From positions 105,152,001 through 105,216,000 of the forward strand of contig OX597818.1 in the NCBI GenBank assembly GCA_951406725.2: a DNA stretch of 64,000 bases, written 5' to 3'. The first letter of the stretch is position 1; each line of letters opens with the position of its first letter. The notes beneath the pieces were generated by a model. It was given only the letters and a program-made list of their open reading frames with translations. It had not been told where the DNA came from and made no database searches. Both the position numbers and the translations under genes were made by a program. Shown here one piece after another: positions 11,722 through 23,077 of this stretch. Source of the DNA: Octopus vulgaris (Eukaryota).

Positions 11722-12894
11722 CTCTCTCTTTCTCTCTTTTTCTGGAAGAAATCAGCTGTGCTCAAGCCTGGGGAGAGATGAACTCCACCAGGCTTAAAAT
11801 ACATCCCAGATATGCCATGGAGTAACAGAATCATTAGAACATCAGACAAGATGCTTTGCAATATTTGTTCTACAGTAGTGAGGTGGCACAATTGTTAACA
11901 TGCCAGGAAAAATTGCTTAGTGGTATTTCATCTGTTTTTACATTCTGAGTTCAAATTTCACCAAGGTCAACTTTGCCTTTCATCCTTTTAGGATTGATAA
12001 AATAAGGACAAGTTGAGCAGGAGGATTGATGTAACTGACTTACCCCTCTCCCAAAATTGCTGGTCTTGTGCCAAAATGTGAAACCAATATTTGATCTGGT
12101 TCTTTGCATTATGAGTTCAAATCTCATTGAGGCCTACATGAGTGGTTAACTTAAGCCATTGCCCACTCTCATCAGGAGTTAAGGGCATATCCTTCTGATA
12201 CTGTGGTTTCAAATTTTGCAGATGGCTATCTTCACTTTACTCCCTATTAAATAAATAAATTAAGTAGCAGTAATATTTTGGTTGAGGGCAATATTCAATC
12301 AATTATATCTCCTGTTCCTCTCATTTAACTAAGTGACTTCTGTGGGAACCCAAGCCAATGAGATAGTCTCTTTGAAATCAGATGATCTGCTAGAAATACC
12401 AGCCAAATTTTCCCTGTTGTTTTAAAAAAAGGCAGGAGACATTGAACAATGTACTTCTTGATACACAAAAAGATAGAATGGCCATAGCTGGAACACATTT
12501 GATCATATACATTACATACAGTGAATTAGAAGAGTCATTAAAGGATCGGACTAGATGCTTTGTAGTATTTATTCCAGATGAGGTCAATTTGTCTTTCATC
12601 TCCTTAAGATGATAAATAAAGTAACAGATTAGGGTCTGTGGATCTGTGGGGAAGCAGAATCACTAGGGCATCCTTTCTAATCCTGCAGCTTTAATTATAA
12701 ATTCAAATCCTGCCATGACCTCTTTGGGTAGTAGACTTAATCTGTCTCTCAGTAAAACACCACCAGCTGGTTCTTAGATGCCGTCAGTGAAATCTAGCCT
12801 GTTGCAAGCTCTCAAGACAGGTTCCTGCTAAGAGGATGCTTTCTTCCCTTCAGTCATAGAATGCTGCAAAGGATCCTAGCTGATCTGAAGTTAA

Positions 12895-13120
12895 CACTTT
12901 TGTTACCATATTTCAGGTGAAATATACTGCCTTTGTTTCAATTAATTCTTAAAATAATGAAGAATTTGGTTACATAAATTTGTGGTTATTAAGCAGGTGT
13001 TTATAAAATAAATTAGCATATATTTCGATTGAAGGTTTTAATATAAATAACTTTAGAATGATAAATTTTTATTGTAAAACTAAGAGGCTGTCCCAGAGGG
13101 TGTGGTTTATATCAAAAGAG
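12895..13120. mobile_element. piggyBac-like MITE, degenerate
   Basis: TTAA on both sides (12891-12894 and 13121-13124). Imperfect TIR cacttttgttac / tatcaaaagag. Confidence 0.5.
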
Positions 13121-13759
13121 TTAAATAAACAACAACAATTGGTTTCACAATAAATCCCTATTTAGTATATAATCCCTATTGTATCCCCAAATACTCTCAT
13201 TATTTCATATTCTAAACAACATCATATGCTTGTCACGAACCTCTTTCAGGCATTTCTTTAATTACAGTCATCACAAACAAATGAAAAAAAGAAAGGAAAA
13301 GGCAATACATAATAAGTTATAATTAGTAAGCTCTGTGTTAATATCTTCATAAAAAGGGAAGAAAAAGAGTAAAAATAAGAGACAGGGTAGGAAGAGAGAG
13401 AGAGTGAGGGAGAGGGGGAGAAAGAGGGAGGAAGAGAGAGTGAGGGAGAAAGAGGAAGAGGGAGGAAGAGAGAGAAAAAGTGACAAAACCACGAGTTGAG
13501 TCACATCTATATTTAATGTGTCAACTATTTCATTTTGTTTTGGTTCGGCAAGGTTAAACAATTTAGTATATTTTAGTACATGTACTGCCAAACATATTCA
13601 TTTTCCGTTCTCACCAGCATGTATATCTATATGTATGTGTATTATATCTATGTGCATGTATGAGTGTGTGTGTGTCTTTGTCTATACAGGGTGGACCAAA
13701 AGTCACGCACCAAAACCACAACATCTTATTTATTTTATATTATCGTTTTGATTGTTCTT

Positions 13760-13983
13760 TTATTCTTTTACTTGTTTCAGTCATTTGACTGCAGCCATGC
13801 TGGAGCACTGCCTTAAAGGGTATTAGTCAAAGAAATCCACCCCAATACTTACTTTTTGTAAGCCTAATATTTATTCTATCAGTCACTTTTGCCAAACTGC
13901 TAAGTTACAGGGGACATAAACACACCAGTATTGGTTGTCAAGTGAAGTAGGGGGGGAGCAAACACAGATACACACACACACAA

Positions 13984-14033
<50 letters not shown>

Positions 14034-14240
14034 ATATGACAGGCTTCTTCCAGTTTCCGTCAACCAAATCCACTCACAAGGCTTTGATTGGCCTGAGGCT
14101 ATAGTAGAAGACATTTGCCCAAGGTGCCATGCAGTGGGACTGAACCTGGAAGTATGTGGTTGGGAAGCAAGCTTCTTATCACACTGCCATGCCAGCACCC
14201 TCCATTTAGCCATGCCTGCACCCTCCACACAGCCACACCT
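13760..14240 (-). mobile_element. Second tRNA-derived SINE family with internal (CA)/(TA) microsatellite; other copies at 15555-16265 (interrupted) and 42175-42470 (+)
   Basis: Shared blocks ttttacttgtttcagtcatttga, gctggagcac.gcc, ccaaat.cactcacaaggctttg, and a tRNA-like head gtgtggtaagaagcttgcttcccaaccaca...ggttca. Confidence 0.8.
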
Positions 14241-14256
14241 GCACCCATAATAATAA

Positions 14257-14290
<34 letters not shown>

Positions 14291-14739
14291 TACTACTATT
14301 AAGATAGTGAGTTGGCAGAATCATTAGCATGCTGGGCAAAATGCTTAGCAACATTTCGTCCATTTTGAGTTCAAATTCTGCCAAGGTTGACTTTACCTTT
14401 CATCCTTTTGGAGACAATAAATTAAGTACTAGTAAAACGCAGGGGTAGATGTAATTGACTAGTCCTCTTCTATCAAAATTTCATGCCTTGTGCCTTTAGT
14501 GGAAAGGACTATTATTATTATTATTATTCATTTTGTTTACCATGTGCAAGTATGCATGTAGTCTTCATTATTTTATTTATGTTATTCAATTTTGGAAAAA
14601 TTAAAGTATGCCTAACAATTCTGAAGTATATTAAACTTCTTTTACGCATGACTTTTGTATGTATGTGTATACACACACACACACACACACACATATATGG
14701 TGGTTGTCTACTCCTTATGCAGAGTTTGACCATCTCCTG

Positions 14740-15040
14740 TACCTACATGTTAGAACCTCATGGCATCTGATGTAGCTTTTTAAACCAGGCAATGTTTTAA
14801 AAAGACACCCATATAGATTGCATATCTGATTTGGACCACCAAGCGCTGCAGATAGGTTCTGAGCTTTGTGGATCTTAAAATGTCTTTTGAGGCCTCTGTT
14901 AAGATTTGAAAAACTTCTCGCATACATTGCATTGAAAGGTGTGCACATATATATAGCCAGAATAGTTGGTGGAGGTTCATTTTCCATGGGTTCACAAATG
15001 ATATTTGAGTCCAGCAAAAGAAAGGCATGGTCTGTCACAA
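14740..15040 (-). mobile_element. RTE-like LINE 3' remnant with degenerate C2H2 fingers
   Basis: RSFSNLNRGLKRHFKIH and CNLYGCLFKTLPGLKSYIRCH resemble the terminal zinc fingers of RTE ORFs. Confidence 0.45.
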
Positions 15041-15294
15041 ACATGTGTGTGTGTGTGTATGTAATTAACAGATGATATCCAAAGATTCTCAGTATAGAAA
15101 ACACTTAGTAGCATTCAAATGATTTGAACTGAGACTCCAATTATGAGGGACCAATTCCACAGTAAAGAATGGCTATAAGAGAAACCAAGGTGAGCAGACA
15201 TGGAAGCAATTATGTGGATAAACAAATTAAATATAACACCTTGCCTCTTCCCCTGTCATTTGTATTCTGTTTAAGTTTGATCTATTAATATAAA

Positions 15295-15325
15295 CTAGCT
15301 AGACCCATGAAAAATTCATGGAAAA
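15295..15325 (-). mobile_element. Helitron-like 3' terminus
   Basis: Minus strand: short hairpin ccatgaatttttcatgg followed by gtctagCTAG|t. Confidence 0.45.
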
Positions 15326-16118
15326 TATGAAAAATGTGAGCATTTGTAAATTGTGTGCAGGTGCCATGAGAAATGTTTCTATATTGTGACAGTTACAGAA
15401 TATAGAAAGATGTGTAAAACCAATAACTATATAATCCAACCCAAATATCTCAGTTACGTAAACATAAACAGAATTACTATTTAGCCTTAAAATACATCGT
15501 ACATATTCAAAGAACCTTCTTGGTTTATTGGTATGGAACATTCTTCTGATATTCTTTTATTCTTTTACTTGTTTCAGTCATTTGATGGTGGCCAAGCTGG
15601 AGCACCGCCATTTAGTCGAAGAAATCAACCCCTGGACTTATTCCCTGTAAACCTGGTGCTTATTCTATCAGTCTCTTCTGCCAAACAGCTAAGTTACGGG
15701 GACACAAACACACAAACAGCGGTTTTCAAACAATGGTGGTGGTGGGACAAAAACAGACACAAACACACACATAAAAGTATTATATATATATATATAAAAG
15801 CAATAATAAATCTCTGACCAAGATGTAAATAGTAGCAACATGGAATCATGAAGTATATTTGCGACCTAAATGTGATAGACCCATAGGGGACGCTGCTACT
15901 GTTGTTTATAGTCCCAGGAGGACATCTCCTCTAGTTAGATAATGAGACACTGTCTGTGTCCATTTAGTATTTGCAAAGGGTCATCAGCTGGTGATGGGTT
16001 ACTACTCAGAAACCTGGATCCATGTGTATCACATAAGGCTAGAGATGGGTCTGCCACATTTAGGTGGCAAATATATCATATATATATATATATATTAAAA
16101 AGCAACAAAACTATCACA

Positions 16119-16164
16119 AAAACTGTTACTCAGAGTTTCACATTCCCATTCGTCAGACAGTTTT
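16119..16164 (-). ncRNA. Minimal type I hammerhead ribozyme motif (Penelope-like/retrozyme style)
   Basis: Minus strand reads AAAACUGU-CUGACGA-AUG GGAA UGU-GAAAC UCUGA GUA-ACAGUUUU: an 8-bp stem I, intact CUGANGA and GAAA core, short stem II, near-palindromic stem III and a GUA cleavage triplet. Confidence 0.8.
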
Positions 16165-16769
16165 GTTTAGAATGTATATATATATATGATGGGCTTCTTT
16201 CAGTTTCTATCTACCAAATTCACTCACAAGGCTTTGGTCGGCCCGAGGCTATAATAGAAGACACTCTTTAAAGTATAGAGTTGAATATCGTGTAGCCACC
16301 TGTTGGCAGCTTTTCTACCCCACCAATTTTGTAGGGGATACTACCCATTTTTCTGGGCTCTTTTCACAGCCATACCCTGTTCAAAATTTGAATTAGTTTT
16401 TGTGTGAAAAAAAAGGAAGGGAGGGCTTATTTATAGTTTGTAGAGAAAACATTAAACATGCCTGAAAAAAAACATAGTCTTTCCCTTCCCCAACTAAAAG
16501 ACACGAAGAACTATGAAAGAAGGTAAATAGTACCGGGGATGGGAGAAAGGAGAGAGAACTAACAGTCGATTGCTCTAGAACTCCCAGAATAAAAATGTAA
16601 ACACCTGAAAGACTTAGCCTCTATACATTACTAAATGTCTTTCCCTCTTCTTCATTGTTAAAAGTAAAGAAACTAGAAAAGATCGATCGTATTTCAGTCT
16701 AATTGTCATTGTAAATGACCGAGGCTTTCCTTTCTCTGTCTCTATTGCTTCACTCCTTTTCTCTATGGA

Positions 16770-17085
16770 GTGAAGGTGGATGGCTCAGTGGTTAGGGCTA
16801 TTCAGCCCACAATTGTAAAGTCATGAGTACAATTCCCTGCGGCGGGCTGTGTTTTTGAGCAAGGTACTCTATTTCACCTTACTGCAGTCCACTCAGCTGG
16901 CAAAAATGAGTTGTAGCTGTAATTCAAAGAAGCCAGTCTTGTTACATTCTGTGTGAGGCTGAATCTCACTGAGATTATGGTACACATGTCTGTGGAGTAC
17001 TCAGCCACTTGTGCGTTAATTTTACAAGCAGAATGTTCATTGATCAGATAAAGAGGAACCTCATCATTGTAACCGACAGAGTGCC
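16770..17085 (+). mobile_element. Third tRNA-derived SINE family; partial copy at 17400-17560
   Basis: A box tggctcagtggtt and degenerate B box gagtacaattcc. The body cagtccactc.gct.gc.aaaatgagttgtag...gtggagtactcagccacttg is repeated about 520 bp downstream. Confidence 0.7.
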
Positions 17086-18099
17086 ATTTTTTAAAAAAAG
17101 TAAAAGCAAATGAAATGTTCCATATCATAAGGCAAAAATGTCATGTGTTTAGTATAAGCATTGAAAGCTAAGATGAAATAATTGTTATTTTGTCGGGTAT
17201 TCGCCTTCTATTCACATTCAATTTGATAACAGCCTGTGCATCAGTGTTTATCTGGGAGCTTGGCCTCCAGATCTGTAAGACCCACAAATGCCACTGTTAG
17301 GACCGGATTAATGCCTATAGTGACCCTAATGACTAAAAAGATTTTCCTGCCACTAAATAGGATCTTTTTTCATTTGCTTCCAACTACTTGAAGGCTTATC
17401 TTGCTCCAGTCCACTCGGCTCGCCAAAATGAGTTGTAGTTGAAATTCAAAGGGGCCAGCCTTGTCGTATTCTGTGTGAGGCTGAATCTCCTTGAGAACTA
17501 TGTTAATGATATGCATCTCTGTGGAGTACTCAGCCACTTGCAAGTTAATTTTATCCTCGTGTAGTAATGAAAAGTGAAAGTGACATCCAATATTTGTTGT
17601 GTCTATGTATTTATGCATCAACATTCCTTTCGATCTATGCATCTACTATCTCTTTCACTTCCTCTCTATCCTTCCTTTCTCCCACTTTTAATTTAACAAT
17701 GTATCTACTTTTCTTGCAATGTGATAAACATTTAAAAACACAATACAAATGCCGTCACCACTCACTGTCTCTTTCACACTCTCTCTTTCCCTCTCACTCT
17801 CTTTCTCTTTCTTTCTCTCTTACTTCTTCTCTCTCACTTTGCCACTCACTTCTTTGAAGTGTGACACACACCACAGGTACGTACAAAAAGAACAAGTTGA
17901 CATATTATACAGGCAATTATGTAAATTAAATATAATGGCTTGGTTTTGATATACAAAATATGTATATATGTATACATGCGAAGAGATAAAAAGCAGAACT
18001 CAGACTTTCAGATGATGAATATTTAAATATAAATATATGCATATCAATAATATTAATATGTATAAATATTGCTTTTGTCTCTAAGTGCACAAAAGCCTC

Positions 18100-18285
18100 C
18101 ATTGCACAGATGCAGCAGACAATGCCCCATTTCAATTCAAACAATTTCAATTTCCAATGAGTCCTAGTTTTGCCATGTCCATCAACAAGTCACAAGGGCA
18201 AACATTTTCAGTTGCTGGTCTACATCTTGAAGAGCCCTGCTTCACTCATGGTCAGTTTTATATTAGATGTTCAAGAGTAGGAAGT
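18100..18285 (+). pseudogene. Helitron PIF1-type helicase C-terminal fragment
   Basis: Reads PFQFKQFQFPMSPSFAMSINKSQGQTFSVAGLHLEEPCFTHGQFYIRCSRV (PIF1 motifs V and VI). Confidence 0.85.
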
Positions 18286-19390
18286 ACTGTAAAAACCCAT
18301 GTAAATTGTGCATCTGTGTAAGTTACACAGGTGATTTTCAGGATAAAACTTAATCAATGGTGTTGCATGACACCATTAATCTAGAAAGCACTTACAAGCA
18401 GTTCCTTGATAAAAGAATGCTGTACATCTAACAGCATTACACTTCTTTATCTACAGAAGACATGGCAACCTGGGGACTTTCTGAATTGCATGCCTAACGG
18501 AAAATTGCCTGATGAGGAAACATTTTTCATGCCGTTCGCATCTTGAAAAAGTTTGCCTATGCCTGACTTACAACAATCAGAAATCACTGCCATAACTACA
18601 TAAGTGTGCCCAACTACGACTTTGTTTTCTCACGTCTTCTCCCACCCACCCCCATTAAGGTATGATATAATTGTAATCTACACAATCTAAAAGTTATTTG
18701 TAGAAAATTTCATTAAGGAATTATCCATTTTTCTGAGAATTACGAGGAAACAAAGTCGGTTGATGGGCACCCTATATAGGTATGCTAAGACATTTTGTAG
18801 GTTCAAATTAAAAACCTCCAACTGTTAATCATTTAAACCAGGGGCTCTCAACTATTTTTTTTTTAATCTATAGACCTCTTTTTTCACTATTTTATTCAGG
18901 TGGAGCCCCATAGCCATTTGATGTTTATAGAGTAGTTTTATAGAAACTTCTTTCAAAATTTCTATTTTGTTTTTAACATATTAAATTGTGTAGGTTGGAC
19001 TATATAAAACATTAGAGAAAGAAACCTGGCTGTTTCTTGCAATAAATACCAATACATACATATAAAGCAAATTTTTTTCCGGGATCTTTATAATAGTATT
19101 GTGGATCCCTAGTTTACTGTTCTGTTGCATGAACCCCTCAAAAATTTTCTATAGACTTCGGTTTAAAACTATTTTCTTTCACTAGTCAATGATACACTTG
19201 AGTAATTGAGTCGTGCTTCGCTCATGTTAAGGGTAATTAAAAGTCATGCTTTGCTCACGTTAATTAAAGATGCAATCAAAATATATGGTCGATTCAACAA
19301 CAACTATAACACTGTCACACTGGTTGTTTTCTCGAATCGAGCCGGCATTCTACTGTCTATTATTTTACTTTCTTTTTTAATAGTTTCATT

Positions 19391-20184
19391 GGATCTTTTC
19401 CTTTTGAACGGCATATGTCAACACAATTTCTAGTTAACTAAACACTTTTAAACTTCGTATACTGGTAGAATGTGTTTATAAAACATCATTTTTTCTTGGC
19501 TTTATTGAGAAAATTCTATAGTTTGTAAGATATTTCCACTTTAAAATCAAGCATTTCAGCAATTTTAACCAATTGCTGGAGTCCATTTGGGGTGAAAACA
19601 TTCTGTGCTGTATGAATATGTCCCTTCTTTAAGAAACAGATTGGGTTTATTTACATTTGCAAAGAAAAAAAGATACCCTTCCCCCACCCCTAACCCTAAC
19701 TCACCCTAACCATAAAACAGATTGAAATGCAATAGATCGATACTAGGGTTATAATTATGGGTGACAATTTCATACGACACCGCTACAGAAAATGGTGTCA
19801 AAGGAAAATGTTACCCATAATTATAACCCTAGTATCGATCTATTGCATTTCAATCTGTTTTATGGTTAGGGTGAGTTAGGGTTAGGAGTGGGGGAAGGGT
19901 ATCTTTTTTTCTTTGCAAATGTAAATAAACCCAATCTGTTTCTTAAAGGAGGGACATATTCATACAGCACGGAATGTTTTCACCCCAAATGGACTCCAGC
20001 GATTGGTTAAAATTGCCGAAATGCTCGATTTTAAAGTGGAAATATCTTACAAACCATAGAATTTTCTCAATAAAGCCAAGAAAAAATGATGTTTTATAAA
20101 CACATTCTACCAGTAAACGAAATTTAAAAGTGTTTAGTTAACTAGAAATTGTGTTGAAAACTGCCGTTCAAAAGGAAAAGATCC
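19391..20184. mobile_element. Foldback MITE, copy 2 of the same family
   Basis: Same termini and body as 8846-9679. Perfect TSD gtttcatt at 19383-19390 and 20185-20192. Confidence 0.93.
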
Positions 20185-20419
20185 GTTTCATTTTGTAGGG
20201 AAACAAGCGCACATCCTTATTGCTTAGGAAAGTCATTTTCATTTTTTAGTCAGGAAAACACCTACTTTTGATAGGGAAAATACTTTCACTTTCATGGGAC
20301 TCTGGAAACTATTAGACGTCGTGGTTTCTGTGGATCACATGTTTGAATATTATGGAATGAAAAATGACGTTTTCTTAAAAATGAAGTTGATTAGTGGAGT
20401 CAATGATGTCTCTCACTCT

Positions 20420-20830
20420 CAATTTTATTCTATTGGAAGACGGAAAAAATAATTGCTTCCGTATTACAATTTTACGTGGGATGAATGCGGCTCAGAGGAA
20501 TTTAGTAAAAAAAAACAAACCTGGAAGAATGTCGAATGACCATAGACCAACGGAATGGATCGGGGAGCAAAACTAATTGACATTGTCAAATTTATAAAAT
20601 CGTTAAAATGGAAATGAGGTGGACACGTCCACTGTATGGGTGACAACAGGACAAAACAGTTAATAGACTGGATTACAAGAGATGAGAAAAGAAGCAGATA
20701 ACGACAATAAACAAGATGGAGGCATGAATTAAATAAATTTCACGAAAATTGGAGATCCGAAACTCAAATTGGAAAAATATGGAGAATTACAAAAGAAAGC
20801 CTTTTACTCGGTTATGGGAAAATATTGTCC
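20420..20830 (+). mobile_element. RTE LINE 3' coding remnant
   Basis: Frameshifted NEWI.G..KLIDIVKFIKSLKWK*GGHVHCMGDNR..WITRDEKRSR..RW pattern typical of the RTE C-terminus. Confidence 0.6.
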
Positions 20831-20908
20831 TTTGAGAGAGAAGAATAAAAAAGGAAGACTCAACTATAAACTGTGATCTGCCAAAAGCTAGCGACAAGAA
20901 GGCGCGCT

Positions 20909-20911
<3 letters not shown>

Positions 20912-20965
<54 letters not shown>
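20912..20965. repeat. (GA)n microsatellite
   Basis: Uninterrupted AG dinucleotide run. Confidence 0.95.
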
Positions 20966-20967
<2 letters not shown>

Positions 20968-21534
20968 TGTCCACAGAGAGTAACCATAAAATATTTAGAG
21001 GAAATTAAACCCAACTGATCCAAACAATCGCCAACATACATGCTTACATTCACACAGCATTCCCCAAAATATAATTACAGAAACAAAAGTCAAAAGAGCC
21101 AGTTTGGAGACAACGACAGACCTGGAGTAATGAAAGGACATCATTGATGAGGTCACGAATGGCAACGAAATGATTGATAGATCGAACTGATTTGTTAATT
21201 GCTTAAATAGTTTGCAAGTGGACTAATAATAACAAAAAGGTGAAATTGAACCAGTGCATGTACCTGTTATTGGCAAAATGACCCCACCCTCACTACAAAA
21301 TACAACAGCGATGACTATTTTAACGGTCAAAGAAACTGGTACAAAGGAATCTAAAATCCCAACTTCAGACAACGTATTTTATGTATCTTAAAGATACACT
21401 GGATAATGTAATAAGTTCCCGATACACGAAATAGTCGGGATAGGCACAGCTAGAACGTCTATAACCATAAGTCTGTTCGTTCGATCAGATCTGATCTGGG
21501 GTTAATCGAACAAATATATATATATACACGAGTC

Positions 21535-23042
21535 GGTACTTGTCAATTGTCGTGGTCCCGGTTTTGCACACGCGAATTCGCGCGCGCGCGCGTCAGACGT
21601 AGGTACTCGATACTCGAGATCCTACGAGGTGACTTGCGCATTCGCAGTGCAGAATTCGCGCGTGCGCGTTAACCCCCCCCCCCCCCCAAAAAAAAGGTGT
21701 TGGATTTCACTAAAAATATATATGTGTGTGTGTGTGTGTGTGTGTATATATAACATTTTCAATTTTACACAAAAAAATTACATAGTCGCTTTCCTCGCGG
21801 ATTTACAGAGAAATGAATTAATTACTATTTTACAGAATAAAATTAATGAATTAATTATATAAATTAAATAATTCTTGAAAATTAATTAATATTAATAATA
21901 TTTTTTGAACAAAGTAAATAATTTATAAAACTTGGTTAATAATTTTTTTTACACAAACGCGAACGTATATAATTTGTGAAACTTTTTTTTTTACAGACGT
22001 ATATAATTTGGTAAACTTAATGAATTAATTTCTTCTCATCATCATCATCGTTTAACGTCCGTTCTCCATGCCAGCATGGGTCGGACGGTTCGACCGGGGA
22101 TCTGGGAAGCCAGAAGGCTGCACCAGACTCCAGTCTTATCTGGCAATGTTTCTACAGCTGGATGCCCTTCCTAACGCCAACCACTCCGAGAGTGTAGTGG
22201 GTGCTTTTTACATGCCACCCGCACAGGTGCCAGGCGAGGCTGGCAACGGCCACGGTCGGATTGGTGCCAGTCGAGCGGCTCTGGCATCGGCCACGATTCG
22301 GATAGTGCTTTTTACGTACCACCAGTCCAGGGGTCCTGGCATTTGCCGGGTGCCACACTTGCCCCAACATGTCTTCGCAAGCAAAGGGGGTTGGCATGGG
22401 TGCCTGTCGTGGGATGAGGTTCGATATCAACTTCGCTTGCCTCAACAGGTCTTTGTGTATAAATGTATAAATTTTTCGCACTAAATTCTTTCCGTAGAAT
22501 TTATCAAAAAACGCGCAAAATTATTCCGTAGACTTTATCAAATTAAAAAACGCAAAATTAATATATTTTTTGAAATTGCAAATTATTTAGAATATAAAAC
22601 AAATTAAGTTAAATTTTAAAAATAAATGTCATATACTTATACTCTGTAAGGTGCTGTGTTCACACTTCAATTTACTATTTTCTAGAAATGTTGCTTTTCT
22701 AATTGAAACAATTTTTCTCAATCTCCATTTAAAAGTCCATAATGCCTCTTGAGCCATATCAAAATGAACAACTTTGAATTACCCGGTGGTGGTGGTGTTG
22801 GTGGTGGTGTGAGGTTCTAATTTTTTTCTGATCTCTCTTTGCCCCCTCTTTATCTCAGTTGTTCATTCAGCTAATATTTAGAAAAATTTTCGCGCCCAAT
22901 TTTTGTTGTCGCGGGAAAAGATGAACGATTTAAAATAAATATATCTTAATTGTAGTGTGAGAAAGTATATATATTCTGATGACAAAATATATTATCTTTC
23001 AAAAACATCCCAAATTTATAGACTATATCGTGTAGGTTTAAG

Positions 23043-23077
<35 letters not shown>

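Noticed and set aside
18085-18321. Host PIF1 helicase gene exon
   Set aside because: Isolated, degenerate motif fragment with no other exons nearby; better explained as Helitron debris.
18508-18530. ctgatgaggaaac as a hammerhead core
   Set aside because: No stem II between CUGAUGA and GAAA and no stem I or III pairing.
21535-21680. CpG-rich stretch as a gene promoter
   Set aside because: It is the terminal part of the palindromic element and is mirrored at 24320-24464.
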